From NCBI RefSeq assembly GCF_000179635.2, contig NC_014833.1:2790001-2822000 (forward strand): a stretch of DNA of 32,000 nucleotides, written 5' to 3'. Both the position numbers and the translations under genes were made by a program. Source of the stretch: Ruminococcus albus 7 = DSM 20455. Its GTDB lineage: Bacteria; Bacillota; Clostridia; Oscillospirales; Ruminococcaceae. This document shows positions 1 to 8,408 of the stretch, one piece after another (the first letter of the stretch is position 1; every line of letters begins with the position of its first letter). The notes under the pieces are model-generated. The model was not told where the DNA came from. It made no database searches and saw nothing but the letters and a program-made list of their open reading frames with translations.

Positions 1-48
1 TTTTATTCAATAGCCGAATAGTAAATTATAGTATTTTATTAGCACTCT

Positions 49-76
49 AAAAGTGCGTAAATACGCTGTTTTAAGC
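49..76 (+). repeat. 28-bp imperfectly palindromic junction motif, copy 1 (AAAAGTGCGTAAATACGCTGTTTTAAGC)
   Basis: Read directly. The same 28-mer recurs at 1653-1680 with one C/T mismatch. Related copies are at 22432-22458 and 30845-30871. Confidence 0.8.
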
Positions 77-185
77 ACTTTAAATTGTTCGGTAGCATTT
101 TTTCAATACCTGGTATGTGAATGAAGTAGCCATAAACATATAAAAAGTTAGCAAGAATTGTTATCATGTTCTATTTTAAACATAT

Positions 186-231
186 AAAAAGCCTGCTATC
201 ATTTGTTATCTTTTTGATAGCAGGCTTTGTA
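186..231 (-). terminator. Rho-independent terminator after the serine recombinase gene
   Basis: 10-bp stem GCCTGCTATC (191-200) / GATAGCAGGC (216-225). The A-run at 186-190 gives a T-run on the minus strand. It lies directly after the stop at 232. Confidence 0.7.
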
Positions 232-978
232 TTATTCTATTCCGTATTCGGCAAACAGTTCAGACTTGTATTTATAGTAACTGTTTCTTGCAACTCCAAC
301 ACCTTGACCATTTATCATAGCTATTGTATCAATATCATTCAGTGTACCATTCCCAAAAGCCTTGTGATACTTTACAATCATTTCTTTAACAGCTATTGAC
401 TTCTTTGTTGTTACCGTCTGTCCGTTCTGTCTGCCTATCTTTTTCCCCTTTGCTTTAGCCTCTCTGATACCCTCGCTTGTTCTGCCGTGTAAATCCTGAA
501 CTTCTTTTTCGCTTTGTTCAAATGCAAGCCTAATTTGTTTTTCTGCTAACTTAGTGATGTAAATAGCTACTTCTGACATAATGCCATTTATCAATCTGTC
601 TGTATCATCATCATTTGTATTCACTTTAATTGATAACTTGTTCTCACCTAAAACCGACTTAAAACTATCTGTGTTTATTGTCTGTTCTTTGAGAAATACA
701 AGGTTAATACCTTTGTTGTATAGTTCCATGTATGTGTTAAATCCTTCTTCTGCATTTCTACTCATTCTGCTAACACTATCAAATACAATCGTATCTCCTG
801 CATGAACTATTTTAAGCAGCTTAATCCACTCTGGTCTGTTGCTCTTTGTTCCTGTGTATACCTCTGCTTTAATATCTGCTGTCGGGTATGCTCTTTTGAT
901 GTTAGTAATCTGTCTGTCAATACTTTGTTTTGCTGTTGATATTCTGCAATAGCCATAAACCTTATTATTTTCTTTCAT
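232..978 (-). CDS. Small serine recombinase (resolvase/invertase family)
   Basis: 248 aa. The N-terminus YGYCRISTAKQSIDRQ contains the catalytic Ser motif of resolvase-type recombinases, and the size fits a catalytic domain plus C-terminal HTH. GGAG RBS upstream of the ATG. Confidence 0.85.
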   Translation of the reverse strand: MKENNKVYGYCRISTAKQSIDRQITNIKRAYPTADIKAEVYTGTKSNRPEWIKLLKIVHAGDTIVFDSVSRMSRNAEEGFNTYMELYNKGINLVFLKEQTINTDSFKSVLGENKLSIKVNTNDDDTDRLINGIMSEVAIYITKLAEKQIRLAFEQSEKEVQDLHGRTSEGIREAKAKGKKIGRQNGQTVTTKKSIAVKEMIVKYHKAFGNGTLNDIDTIAMINGQGVGVARNSYYKYKSELFAEYGIE

Positions 979-1154
979 GTTTGAACACTCCTTTTGTATT
1001 ATTTTAAACGTTCGCTTATTTTGATACTGTGATTATAACATCATTCAAACCAAATGTCAATAGGTTTTGATACTTTTTTCTTTAACGTTCAAAATAATAC
1101 TATCTATTTACCGAAACAAAAAAGGCTCACTAATAAATAGCAAGCCTTTACGTA

Positions 1155-1580
1155 TCATATATAGTTACAATACTTTTGCAGTTCCTTGTTCACTCTCAAT
1201 GCAAGCTGATAATCTTTACTGTCAGCACCAAGCACAACAACATAATCAGTATAATCCAAGCAATCATCACTTATTGTCTTTATCTGCTTAACAATAACGC
1301 TATCCCAATCAAGCAATAATATTGTTTCCATTCTGGTCTTTATAGTCAAGTGTGTTTCTCTGACTTTAACAATCGGGTTGATAACACGACTTGTAAGCCA
1401 CGAAATAAAACTGTCCTCTCCGTCTGACTTGCCTATATCTATTACAAGTTCTGCACCAACACCACGCTTTAGTCTGTCCATGTCCGTCAAATCCCAACTA
1501 TCATCTTTACGAAAGTCAAAAGCTGGGTCTGCAAGTTTAAAAATCTCTTTTACTTCTTCGATAGAATTAACATTGTTCAT
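1155..1580 (-). CDS. Hypothetical acidic protein, 141 aa, co-oriented upstream of the recombinase
   Basis: Clean ORF with an AGAGG RBS 8 nt before the ATG. I recognise no family motif. Confidence 0.6.
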   Translation of the reverse strand: MNNVNSIEEVKEIFKLADPAFDFRKDDSWDLTDMDRLKRGVGAELVIDIGKSDGEDSFISWLTSRVINPIVKVRETHLTIKTRMETILLLDWDSVIVKQIKTISDDCLDYTDYVVVLGADSKDYQLALRVNKELQKYCNYI

Positions 1581-1617
1581 TTGTGTATACCTCTTTTACA
1601 TAATATTCGCAATCATG

Positions 1618-1641
1618 TGTCAATGTCAACTAAAATGTCAA
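1618..1641 (-). promoter_or_regulatory. Three TTGACA boxes (minus-strand reading) upstream of the 141-aa ORF; candidate promoter/operator
   Basis: TGTCAA at 1618-1623, 1624-1629 and 1636-1641 on the plus strand, which reads TTGACA x3 on the coding strand, 40-60 nt upstream of the start at 1580. Confidence 0.4.
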
Positions 1642-1652
1642 CCTTGTTTTAT

Positions 1653-1680
1653 AAAAGTGCGTAAATACGTTGTTTTAAGC
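1653..1680 (+). repeat. 28-bp junction motif, copy 2 (AAAAGTGCGTAAATACGTTGTTTTAAGC)
   Basis: Direct repeat of 49-76 with 27/28 identity. Confidence 0.8.
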
Positions 1681-1746
1681 TAATTCACATTACAGCGTAA
1701 ATGTAAAGGGGTATATTGAATATTTTATATTAATATTTTAAAATTT

Positions 1747-2454
1747 TTATCTGTTGCGGTTAGGTGTAAGAAATCCCGCAGGCGGCTCACTGTCATCTTC
1801 GTAATCGGGCGCTTCTTCGGAAATATCTTCCTCCTCAGCATCCTCGGTGCGTGTGTACCAGTCTTCGCGTATCTCCTCGATGATCGCTTTCAGCTCATCA
1901 ACACCCTCGCCCGTTACCGCCGAGAATGGTATACAATGTATATCCTCAAAGTACGGTATCTCATCTTTGAAAGCTTCCATACGCTCCTTGCGTGCGGTAG
2001 GTTTCAGCTTGTCAGCCTTGGTCAGCACGATAACAAAGGGTATCTCATTGTCGATGAGGTAGTTTATCATCTGAATATCGTCCTTGCTGGGGGCATGGCG
2101 CATATCTATCAGCTGGAACACCAGTTCAAGGTCGCGGTCAAAGTCAGCCAGATAGCCGCCAATAAGGTCGCCCCAGCCTTTTTTCTCTCCCTTGGATACA
2201 TTAGCGTAGCCATAACCGGGAAGATCAACAAAATAAACGTCCTCCACCGAGAAGAAATTAATTGTGACCGTCTTGCCGGGAACAGAGCTGACCCTTGCCA
2301 TATTCTTTCGGTTGAATATCTTGTTTATCAGCGAGCTTTTGCCCACATTCGACCTGCCCGAGAAAGCGAATTCGGGTCTGTCGGACTCGGGTATCTGTGA
2401 AAGCTTGCCGTATGAGGTGATAAATTCTGCCTTATTGAAATTCAGCGGTTTCAT
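1747..2454 (-). CDS. engB: Ribosome-biogenesis GTPase EngB/YsxC (YihA)
   Basis: G1 motif GRSNVGKSSLIN, DLPGYGYA and TKADK. Start set at MKPLNFNKAEF (ATG 2454, GGAG RBS) rather than the ORF-track start at 2514. Lies next to lon, as in Bacillus lonA-ysxC. Acidic C-terminal tail. Confidence 0.9.
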   Translation of the reverse strand: MKPLNFNKAEFITSYGKLSQIPESDRPEFAFSGRSNVGKSSLINKIFNRKNMARVSSVPGKTVTINFFSVEDVYFVDLPGYGYANVSKGEKKGWGDLIGGYLADFDRDLELVFQLIDMRHAPSKDDIQMINYLIDNEIPFVIVLTKADKLKPTARKERMEAFKDEIPYFEDIHCIPFSAVTGEGVDELKAIIEEIREDWYTRTEDAEEEDISEEAPDYEDDSEPPAGFLTPNRNR

Positions 2455-2539
2455 CTCATTCACTCCTGTCATATCATCTCGCAAAAAGAGGGCAGCCACG
2501 GTCAACTCAGTCACCGTTCAGCCCTCCCATGCATATATC

Positions 2540-2941
2540 TTATCCTATCCACCACTCGGGTGTAAGGTCCCCGAGGGTCATTATCCGCCCTGCTTCGTAG
2601 TCCATCATTATCTCGATATCCTTGTAGCCTTCGGGCATCAGCTGTACCATAAGTTCCCTGCACGCACCGCATGGCGCACCCTTTGACGGGTTCGGGGATA
2701 TGCACAGCACCTTGGCGATCTCCTGCTCGCCGTTGGTTATCATGTTGAATATGGCATTCCTCTCAGCACATATCCCAAGGGTCGAACAGGTGTCGATGCA
2801 CACGCCTGTGTATATCTTTCCTGATTTCGACAACACAGCCGCAGACACTTCACCGCAGGTAACGTAATCGGATATCTTACGCGCACCAATGACAGCTTCT
2901 GCCGCATCGTGCATATCTTTCCATATCTGTTCCATAGTCAT
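2540..2941 (-). CDS. cdd: Cytidine deaminase (small homotetrameric type)
   Basis: 133 aa with zinc-binding motifs CAERNAI and PCGACRE. The start could instead be the second ATG at 2935. Confidence 0.8.
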   Translation of the reverse strand: MTMEQIWKDMHDAAEAVIGARKISDYVTCGEVSAAVLSKSGKIYTGVCIDTCSTLGICAERNAIFNMITNGEQEIAKVLCISPNPSKGAPCGACRELMVQLMPEGYKDIEIMMDYEAGRIMTLGDLTPEWWIG

Positions 2942-3004
2942 TCTCCGACATAGATATTACACTGTTCCGCGACACACCGTCTCAGGAACAACTATATCAT
3001 CTTC

Positions 3005-5431
3005 TTATATTGTTTTTCTGCTTCTTGCCTTGACCCTCGGCTGAGGATTCCCCATCATATCGGGCAGAACAGCGTTCTCGGGAGGCTTCACCAATGCCGC
3101 ATCAAGCACATCGGATATCCTTTCGGCAAACACGAACTCAAGGCCGTCCTTTACAACGTCGTCTATCTCGTCAAGATCTCCCCTGTTCTTTTCGGGGACT
3201 ATAACAGTCTTGACACCGGCCTTGAAAGCAGCCATTGTCTTTTCACGCAGACCGCCAATGGGCAGCACCTTGCCTGTCAGAGTTATCTCACCTGTCATAG
3301 CAACGTCCGCACGTACCTTTCTGCCACTGAGTGCGGATACTATGGCAGTTATCATCGTAACGCCCGCCGAAGGACCGTCCTTGGGCACAGCGCCCTCGGG
3401 TGCGTGGATATGCATATCTTTCTTCTCGTAGAAATCCTTGTCGATACCGTATTCGTCAGCGATACTGCGGCAGTAGCTTACGGCTATCTTTGCAGATTCT
3501 TTCATTACATCGCCAAGTGAACCTGTCAGTTCCACCTTGCCCTTACCGTCAAGCACAAGAACTTCCAGCGGCATCAGCACACCGCCCACAGCGGTCCATG
3601 CAAGACCGTTTACACAGCCTATCTGATCTTCCTTAGCCGCATCATCGGGCAGGTACTTTATATGACCCAGATAATCGGGGATATTCTTGGCACTGAATGC
3701 GACCTTCTTAACATCGTTCTCGACGATCTCTCTTGCAGCCTTTCTGCACAGAGAACCTATGGTCCTTTCGAGGGTTCTCACACCTGCTTCACGGGTATAG
3801 CCGTCTATCAGCTGATAGATACCATCATTGGTCAGCTTCATCATAGACGAAGTCAGACCATGCTTTTCAAGCTGCTTCTTCACCAGATGCTTTTTTGCGA
3901 TATTGAATTTTTCCTCACGGGTATAGCTTGAAAGCTCGATAACTTCCATTCTGTCCAGCAGTGGTGCAGCAACGGTATCCAGAGTATTTGCAGTGGTTAT
4001 AAAAAGCACGTTGCTGAGATCGTAGGGTATCTCGGTATAGTGATCGCGGAAAGCATTGTTCTGCTCACTGTCAAGTACTTCCAGCATAGCCGATGAAGGG
4101 TCACCCCTGAAATCGTTGCTCATCTTGTCGATCTCATCAAGGAGCATAACAGGGTTGCATGATCCTGCCAGCTTCATGGCATTGATGATACGTCCGGGCA
4201 TAGCACCGACGTATGTCTTTCTGTGACCTCTGATATCGCTCTCATCCTTGACGCCGCCAAGGGATACACGCACAAACTTACGGTTCAGCGCCCTTGCAAC
4301 TGATTTCGCAACTGAGGTCTTACCAACACCGGGAGGTCCCACAAGGCAGAGTATCTGACCCTTGATATCAGGAGTAAGCTCCCTTACAGCCAGATTTTCC
4401 AGTATTCTCTCCTTGACTCTTTTCAGACCATAGTGATCCTTGTCAAGGACAGCCTGAGCCTTCTTGACGTCAGCAGTATCCTTTGTGAATACTCCCCAAG
4501 GCAGACCGATGACCGTATCAAGATAACCTCTGATGACAACAGCCTCCTGAGAAGAACCTGCCATACGTGAAAGTCTTCTGACTTCATCGTTCAGCTTCTC
4601 CTTGACCTCATCGGGAGCTTTCATTTCCTCTATCTTGTCATAGTACTTCTGTATCTCGCCCTCGTCCGAACCGTCGAAGCCGCCTTCGCCCAGTTCATTC
4701 TGCAGAGCCTTTATCTGCTCGCGGATATAGTACTCCCGCTGATTATCCTCTATCTGGCTCTGTACCTGCTCGTGTATCTCCTTTTCAAGAGAGAGCACAT
4801 CTATCTCTCTTGCAAGGATAGTCATCATCAGCACAAGCTTCTCCCCTGCAGACTGTGCTTCAAGCAAAGCCTGCCTGTCCATAAATGACAGGGGAATATT
4901 GAAAGCGACAGCTTCAAACAGGTCAGCCGCATTTTTAGCACCCATTACAGCAGTATATATCTCCTGAGGCATCTTGGGCATGAGCCTTGCATATTCCTCA
5001 AAAGCCTTGCGCACCTCACGCTCCACAGCTTCAAGCTCATGGTTATACAGCTTGTCCTTGGAATAATTCGGCAAAGGCTTGATCACAGCCTCATAGCAGT
5101 CATCATGGACGATCATCTCTGAAAGTCTTGCCTTGCGGACACCTCTCACCATGCATCTGCAAACACCGCCGGGGCTCTTTATCACCTGACGGATATTGGC
5201 GATAGTTCCTATCCTGAACATATCCTTTTTCTCGGGGGATTCAACATTTATATCCTTCTGCGCACACAGGAAAACATCACCGCTGAAATCATTCCTTGCG
5301 TTATGCAGACTTTGTATAGACATTTCCCTGCCCACGTCGAAATTGACGCTCATTCCGGGAAAAACGACCAGATCTCTGGTAGGTATCATCGGCATCAGAG
5401 TGCCGTTCTTTATATCAGTACGCTTTTCCAT
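3005..5431 (-). CDS. lon: ATP-dependent Lon protease
   Basis: Lon N-domain (LPMIPTRDLVVFPGM), Walker A GPPGVGKTS, Walker B LLDEIDK and protease motif PKDGPSAG. Start set at MEKRTDIK (ATG 5431, AAGGAG RBS). The 58-codon upstream extension in the ORF track is unsupported. Confidence 0.95.
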   Translation of the reverse strand: MEKRTDIKNGTLMPMIPTRDLVVFPGMSVNFDVGREMSIQSLHNARNDFSGDVFLCAQKDINVESPEKKDMFRIGTIANIRQVIKSPGGVCRCMVRGVRKARLSEMIVHDDCYEAVIKPLPNYSKDKLYNHELEAVEREVRKAFEEYARLMPKMPQEIYTAVMGAKNAADLFEAVAFNIPLSFMDRQALLEAQSAGEKLVLMMTILAREIDVLSLEKEIHEQVQSQIEDNQREYYIREQIKALQNELGEGGFDGSDEGEIQKYYDKIEEMKAPDEVKEKLNDEVRRLSRMAGSSQEAVVIRGYLDTVIGLPWGVFTKDTADVKKAQAVLDKDHYGLKRVKERILENLAVRELTPDIKGQILCLVGPPGVGKTSVAKSVARALNRKFVRVSLGGVKDESDIRGHRKTYVGAMPGRIINAMKLAGSCNPVMLLDEIDKMSNDFRGDPSSAMLEVLDSEQNNAFRDHYTEIPYDLSNVLFITTANTLDTVAAPLLDRMEVIELSSYTREEKFNIAKKHLVKKQLEKHGLTSSMMKLTNDGIYQLIDGYTREAGVRTLERTIGSLCRKAAREIVENDVKKVAFSAKNIPDYLGHIKYLPDDAAKEDQIGCVNGLAWTAVGGVLMPLEVLVLDGKGKVELTGSLGDVMKESAKIAVSYCRSIADEYGIDKDFYEKKDMHIHAPEGAVPKDGPSAGVTMITAIVSALSGRKVRADVAMTGEITLTGKVLPIGGLREKTMAAFKAGVKTVIVPEKNRGDLDEIDDVVKDGLEFVFAERISDVLDAALVKPPENAVLPDMMGNPQPRVKARSRKTI

Positions 5432-5610
5432 AAAAGCTCCTTTCTTCCGATCATGGAGTAAAAACTTCGATGATAATATTATAACATAAGATGCACTAAA
5501 AGTAAAGACACCAGGAATCAAAAGTGTTAATTTTCTTACATCGGCTCCCCATCCGGATCTTTCCGCACATAAAGAAAATACAGGAGCTGAAGCGTATGCT
5601 CTCACCCCTG

Positions 5611-5641
5611 TAAAAAACAGAGGTACCCCGAAGGATACCTC
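5611..5641 (-). terminator. Terminator after rpsR
   Basis: On the minus strand: GAGGTATCC-TTCG-GGGTACCTC hairpin (5620-5641) followed by a T-run (A-run 5612-5617 on plus). Confidence 0.7.
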
Positions 5642-5652
5642 ATATTATCATA

Positions 5653-5898
5653 TTAGTCTGCAACGTAAGGCAGCAGAGCAACGTGTCTTGCTCTCTTGAT
5701 AGCCTTAGTCAGCTCTCTCTGATGATAAGCGCAAGTGCCTGTTACACGGCGGGGCAGGATCTTAGCCCTTTCTGTCATGCACTTTCTGAGCTTTGCGATA
5801 TCCTTGTAATCGATCTTTTCAGCTCTGTCAACACAGAACATACAAACCTTCTTGCGGCCTCTCTTAACAGGTCTGCCGCCAGTTCTTTCCTTCTCCAT
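5653..5898 (-). CDS. rpsR: 30S ribosomal protein S18
   Basis: 81 aa with the typical S18 sequence (KKVCMFC...IDYKD...LPRRVTG...HQREL) in the rpsF-ssb-rpsR context. Confidence 0.95.
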   Translation of the reverse strand: MEKERTGGRPVKRGRKKVCMFCVDRAEKIDYKDIAKLRKCMTERAKILPRRVTGTCAYHQRELTKAIKRARHVALLPYVAD

Positions 5899-5952
5899 GG
5901 TATGATCTTCCCTCCTCGTTAGGAATTATCAAAATTCGTATTAATGATCTTA

Positions 5953-6555
5953 TCAGAATGGTACGCCGTCGTCTGAAAGTACATCTTCAAACTCCGACAG
6001 ATCACCGATGTTCAGCGCGTCATTAGACGGTGCCTGATTATTGTTATTGTTGAAACTGTTCTGATTGCCGCCGTTATTTCCGCCGAAACCACCGCCGAAG
6101 TTTCCTCCGTTATTGAAGTTATTTCCTCCAAATCCGCCGTTTCCGCCATTTGAGTAGCCGCCGTTGTTACCGTAACCGCCGTTATTGAAACCGCCGTTGC
6201 CGTAATTCTGTGAATAATTGCCGCCGCCCTGCTGAGCCTTTTCGCCAGTGAACGATGCATTCTCCACATAGACCTCGGTCACATAATGCTTAGTGCCGTT
6301 CTTGTCCTCATAGGTCCTGCTCCTGAGTGTTCCCTCAAGTGCTATCAGTCTGCCCTTACCGAAATACTTTCCGATAAATTCCGCAGTCTGTCTCCATGCG
6401 ACGCAGGTAATGAAATCAGATTGGTACTGACCGCTCTGATCCTTGAAATTCCTGTCCACAGCAACGTTGAAAGTCAGTGCAGATACACCGTTCGGTGTCT
6501 GTCTTACTTCAAGATCCTGTGTGATCCTACCCATTAAAATAACTCTGTTCAGCAT
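5953..6555 (-). CDS. ssb: Single-stranded DNA-binding protein
   Basis: OB-fold N-terminus MLNRVILMGRITQDLEVR, a long Gly/Asn-rich linker and the acidic tip DDGVPF. Start set at ATG 6555. Confidence 0.9.
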   Translation of the reverse strand: MLNRVILMGRITQDLEVRQTPNGVSALTFNVAVDRNFKDQSGQYQSDFITCVAWRQTAEFIGKYFGKGRLIALEGTLRSRTYEDKNGTKHYVTEVYVENASFTGEKAQQGGGNYSQNYGNGGFNNGGYGNNGGYSNGGNGGFGGNNFNNGGNFGGGFGGNNGGNQNSFNNNNNQAPSNDALNIGDLSEFEDVLSDDGVPF

Positions 6556-6627
6556 AACCCTAGTTCCTTTCAATAAAAATACTCATTCCATCAAACTGCT
6601 GATACTTCTGAATTTTAGTCCCGTCAC

Positions 6628-6918
6628 TTACTTAGTTGTGACAAGGAAACGTATAACGCCGTCAGTGATGCCCAGTACTCTCTCCAGCTCTGCGGGGAAT
6701 TCGGTCTTGCTGTTGAAAGACCACAGTACATAAGTACCCTCTGTTTCGTAGTTGATAGCATAAGCCAGCTTGCGCTTGCCCCATACGTTCAGCTCTACGT
6801 TTTCAGCGTTAGCCTTGATCATATCGTCGAACTTTGTTGTCAGCGCGTTAACGCCTTCCTCATCGAGCTTCTGGCTGAAGATAACCATTGCCTCGTAGTT
6901 CTCATTGATCTTTGCCAT
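6628..6918 (-). CDS. rpsF: 30S ribosomal protein S6
   Basis: Sequence MAKINENYEAMVIF...WGKRKLAYAI. Start at ATG 6918 with an AGGAGGTG RBS; the ORF-track extension was dropped. Confidence 0.9.
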   Translation of the reverse strand: MAKINENYEAMVIFSQKLDEEGVNALTTKFDDMIKANAENVELNVWGKRKLAYAINYETEGTYVLWSFNSKTEFPAELERVLGITDGVIRFLVTTK

Positions 6919-7046
6919 TTTAGTACACCTCCTTTTGGATTTCGCCTGCATATATAATGCAAGCAAGGATTAACTCATATATTATAACACCGTCCGCACG
7001 ATATGTCAAGCATCGTACGAACGGTATTTGTAAACTTTTTATTAAT

Positions 7047-8012
7047 TCAAAGAATCTTGCCCAGCAGCACCAACGCGCCTGTCAGACACATCATATATAT
7101 CATCATACCAAGCAGCATATCAGCATAGGAGATCCCTCCCTTGTTCATTATACGGTAGTTGATGACAGTCCGATCCTCGTCCTCGGACTCATGATAGATC
7201 TTCGTTATATCCTTTTTAGCCTGTCTGTAATAGATATAGTTAGCGAAAAGGCCTGCCAGTATCCCCAGCGTAACTCTTATATAGTACGCTGCCTGCTGCA
7301 GCATCCTGAAATACTCAGACTTTACATTTATGCCGAAATTGATCTTTATACCGTATTCACCTGAGCAGAGATATTCTATCATAGCAGGCAGGTTGAGCGC
7401 TGCCATAAGCACTGCCACGATTATACCCACCTTTCTCATTTTACGGTACATAAAATAAAGTTCAGGCCAGAGGAAGGCAAAAAAATTCACCGAGAGCTTT
7501 CTGTCGGTCTTGCCGAACTTTATAAAGCTGGGCAGGAATCCAAGAGGGTTGGGTCCCACATATCTTGCAAGATCCCCAAGCTTTACACCGCCTATATCCG
7601 AATCCTGATTCAGCCTTACCGGAGTTATATTGATACCCGGTATAGTTGTATTCATCGGATCGGTATCCGACTTCTGAGTGCCGTCTGCCTCATCATTGAA
7701 AGGTCTTGGCGCACCCATATTCACAAGTGGTGTACCGCACTGCTCGCAGTAACGCAGGCTCGGATCATTCTCCGCACCGCACCTTATACACCGCTTCACC
7801 TCAGATGCCTGCGTTACTGTCACTTCTTCAGCAGGGGCATCAGGCATCCAGCCTATATTTTTATCATGGAGCTCACTGTTTATACATTTGCCGTTTTCGA
7901 CATAGCAGCTCCTGTGATATGGTGTGCCGCAATCAGGGCATACCACGATGTCATCTTCATCGGTGAACCGCTTTCCGCAGCATATGCATTTTGAACCTGT
8001 ATAATTTGCCAT
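7047..8012 (-). CDS. Zinc-ribbon membrane protein (DUF2628-like C-terminal TM region)
   Basis: Two CxxC...CxxC zinc ribbons (CICCGK...CPDCG; CIRCGA...CEQCG), then TM helices with FFAFLWPELYFMYRKM. Confidence 0.6.
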   Translation of the reverse strand: MANYTGSKCICCGKRFTDEDDIVVCPDCGTPYHRSCYVENGKCINSELHDKNIGWMPDAPAEEVTVTQASEVKRCIRCGAENDPSLRYCEQCGTPLVNMGAPRPFNDEADGTQKSDTDPMNTTIPGINITPVRLNQDSDIGGVKLGDLARYVGPNPLGFLPSFIKFGKTDRKLSVNFFAFLWPELYFMYRKMRKVGIIVAVLMAALNLPAMIEYLCSGEYGIKINFGINVKSEYFRMLQQAAYYIRVTLGILAGLFANYIYYRQAKKDITKIYHESEDEDRTVINYRIMNKGGISYADMLLGMMIYMMCLTGALVLLGKIL

Positions 8013-8408
8013 CTTTCCTATCCTTTCGGTGTTCCGTCACAGATACATACAAAACTCATAGTATCACTGACAACTACTTTTCAATATATTATACCACACT
8101 CCCTCAAAAATTGCAATACACGGTTTAAATAAACTTCCTGAATCTTCCAAAGCGGCGTTCTTTGTATATCAAAGTGAACAAGTGTACTAAAAATCGTGCT
8201 GATAATGTCGAAGTATATACTAAAATTCTAAAAAATCTGCTTTGTTCAGGGTTTAATTCGTTAGATTTGTGTGTTGTAATTTCATCTGAAGTGAGATATA
8301 ATATATTTTGTATGACATATTCATACAAATAAGGTGATATAATTATAAAAAAAATATTACATATATCAGACGGAGATATACTCCTCCGCTGAAAAGAGGA
8401 ATATTGAT

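Larger units (their letters stand above)
49..1680. mobile_element. Candidate 1.6-kb recombinase cassette bounded by 28-bp direct repeats
   Basis: The direct repeats bracket exactly two co-oriented genes (141-aa ORF and serine recombinase). The segment is AT-rich and abuts the core gene engB. The sequence left of position 49 is also AT-rich, so the true extent may be larger. Confidence 0.4.

Noticed and set aside
39-47. TTAGCACTC, identical to the left half of the CIRCE (HrcA) operator
   Set aside because: The required GAGTGCTAA half 9 nt downstream is absent, and no chaperone gene is nearby.
49-76. Possible dif/Xer-type site (GTGCGTAAAT resembles the XerC arm GTGCGCATAA of E. coli dif)
   Set aside because: The other half does not resemble a XerD arm (TTATGTTAAAT-like). 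The elements also encode their own recombinases. I kept it only as a generic palindromic crossover candidate.
5432-5605. 58-codon N-terminal extension of the Lon ORF in the six-frame track
   Set aside because: The extension has no Lon-like sequence and no RBS. The internal ATG at 5431 is preceded by AAGGAG and begins the conserved Lon N-domain. The extension also runs through the likely lon promoter region.
6012-6269. 85-aa alternative-frame ORF inside ssb
   Set aside because: It is an artefact of the repetitive Gly/Asn-coding DNA. The ssb frame has the OB fold and the acidic tip.
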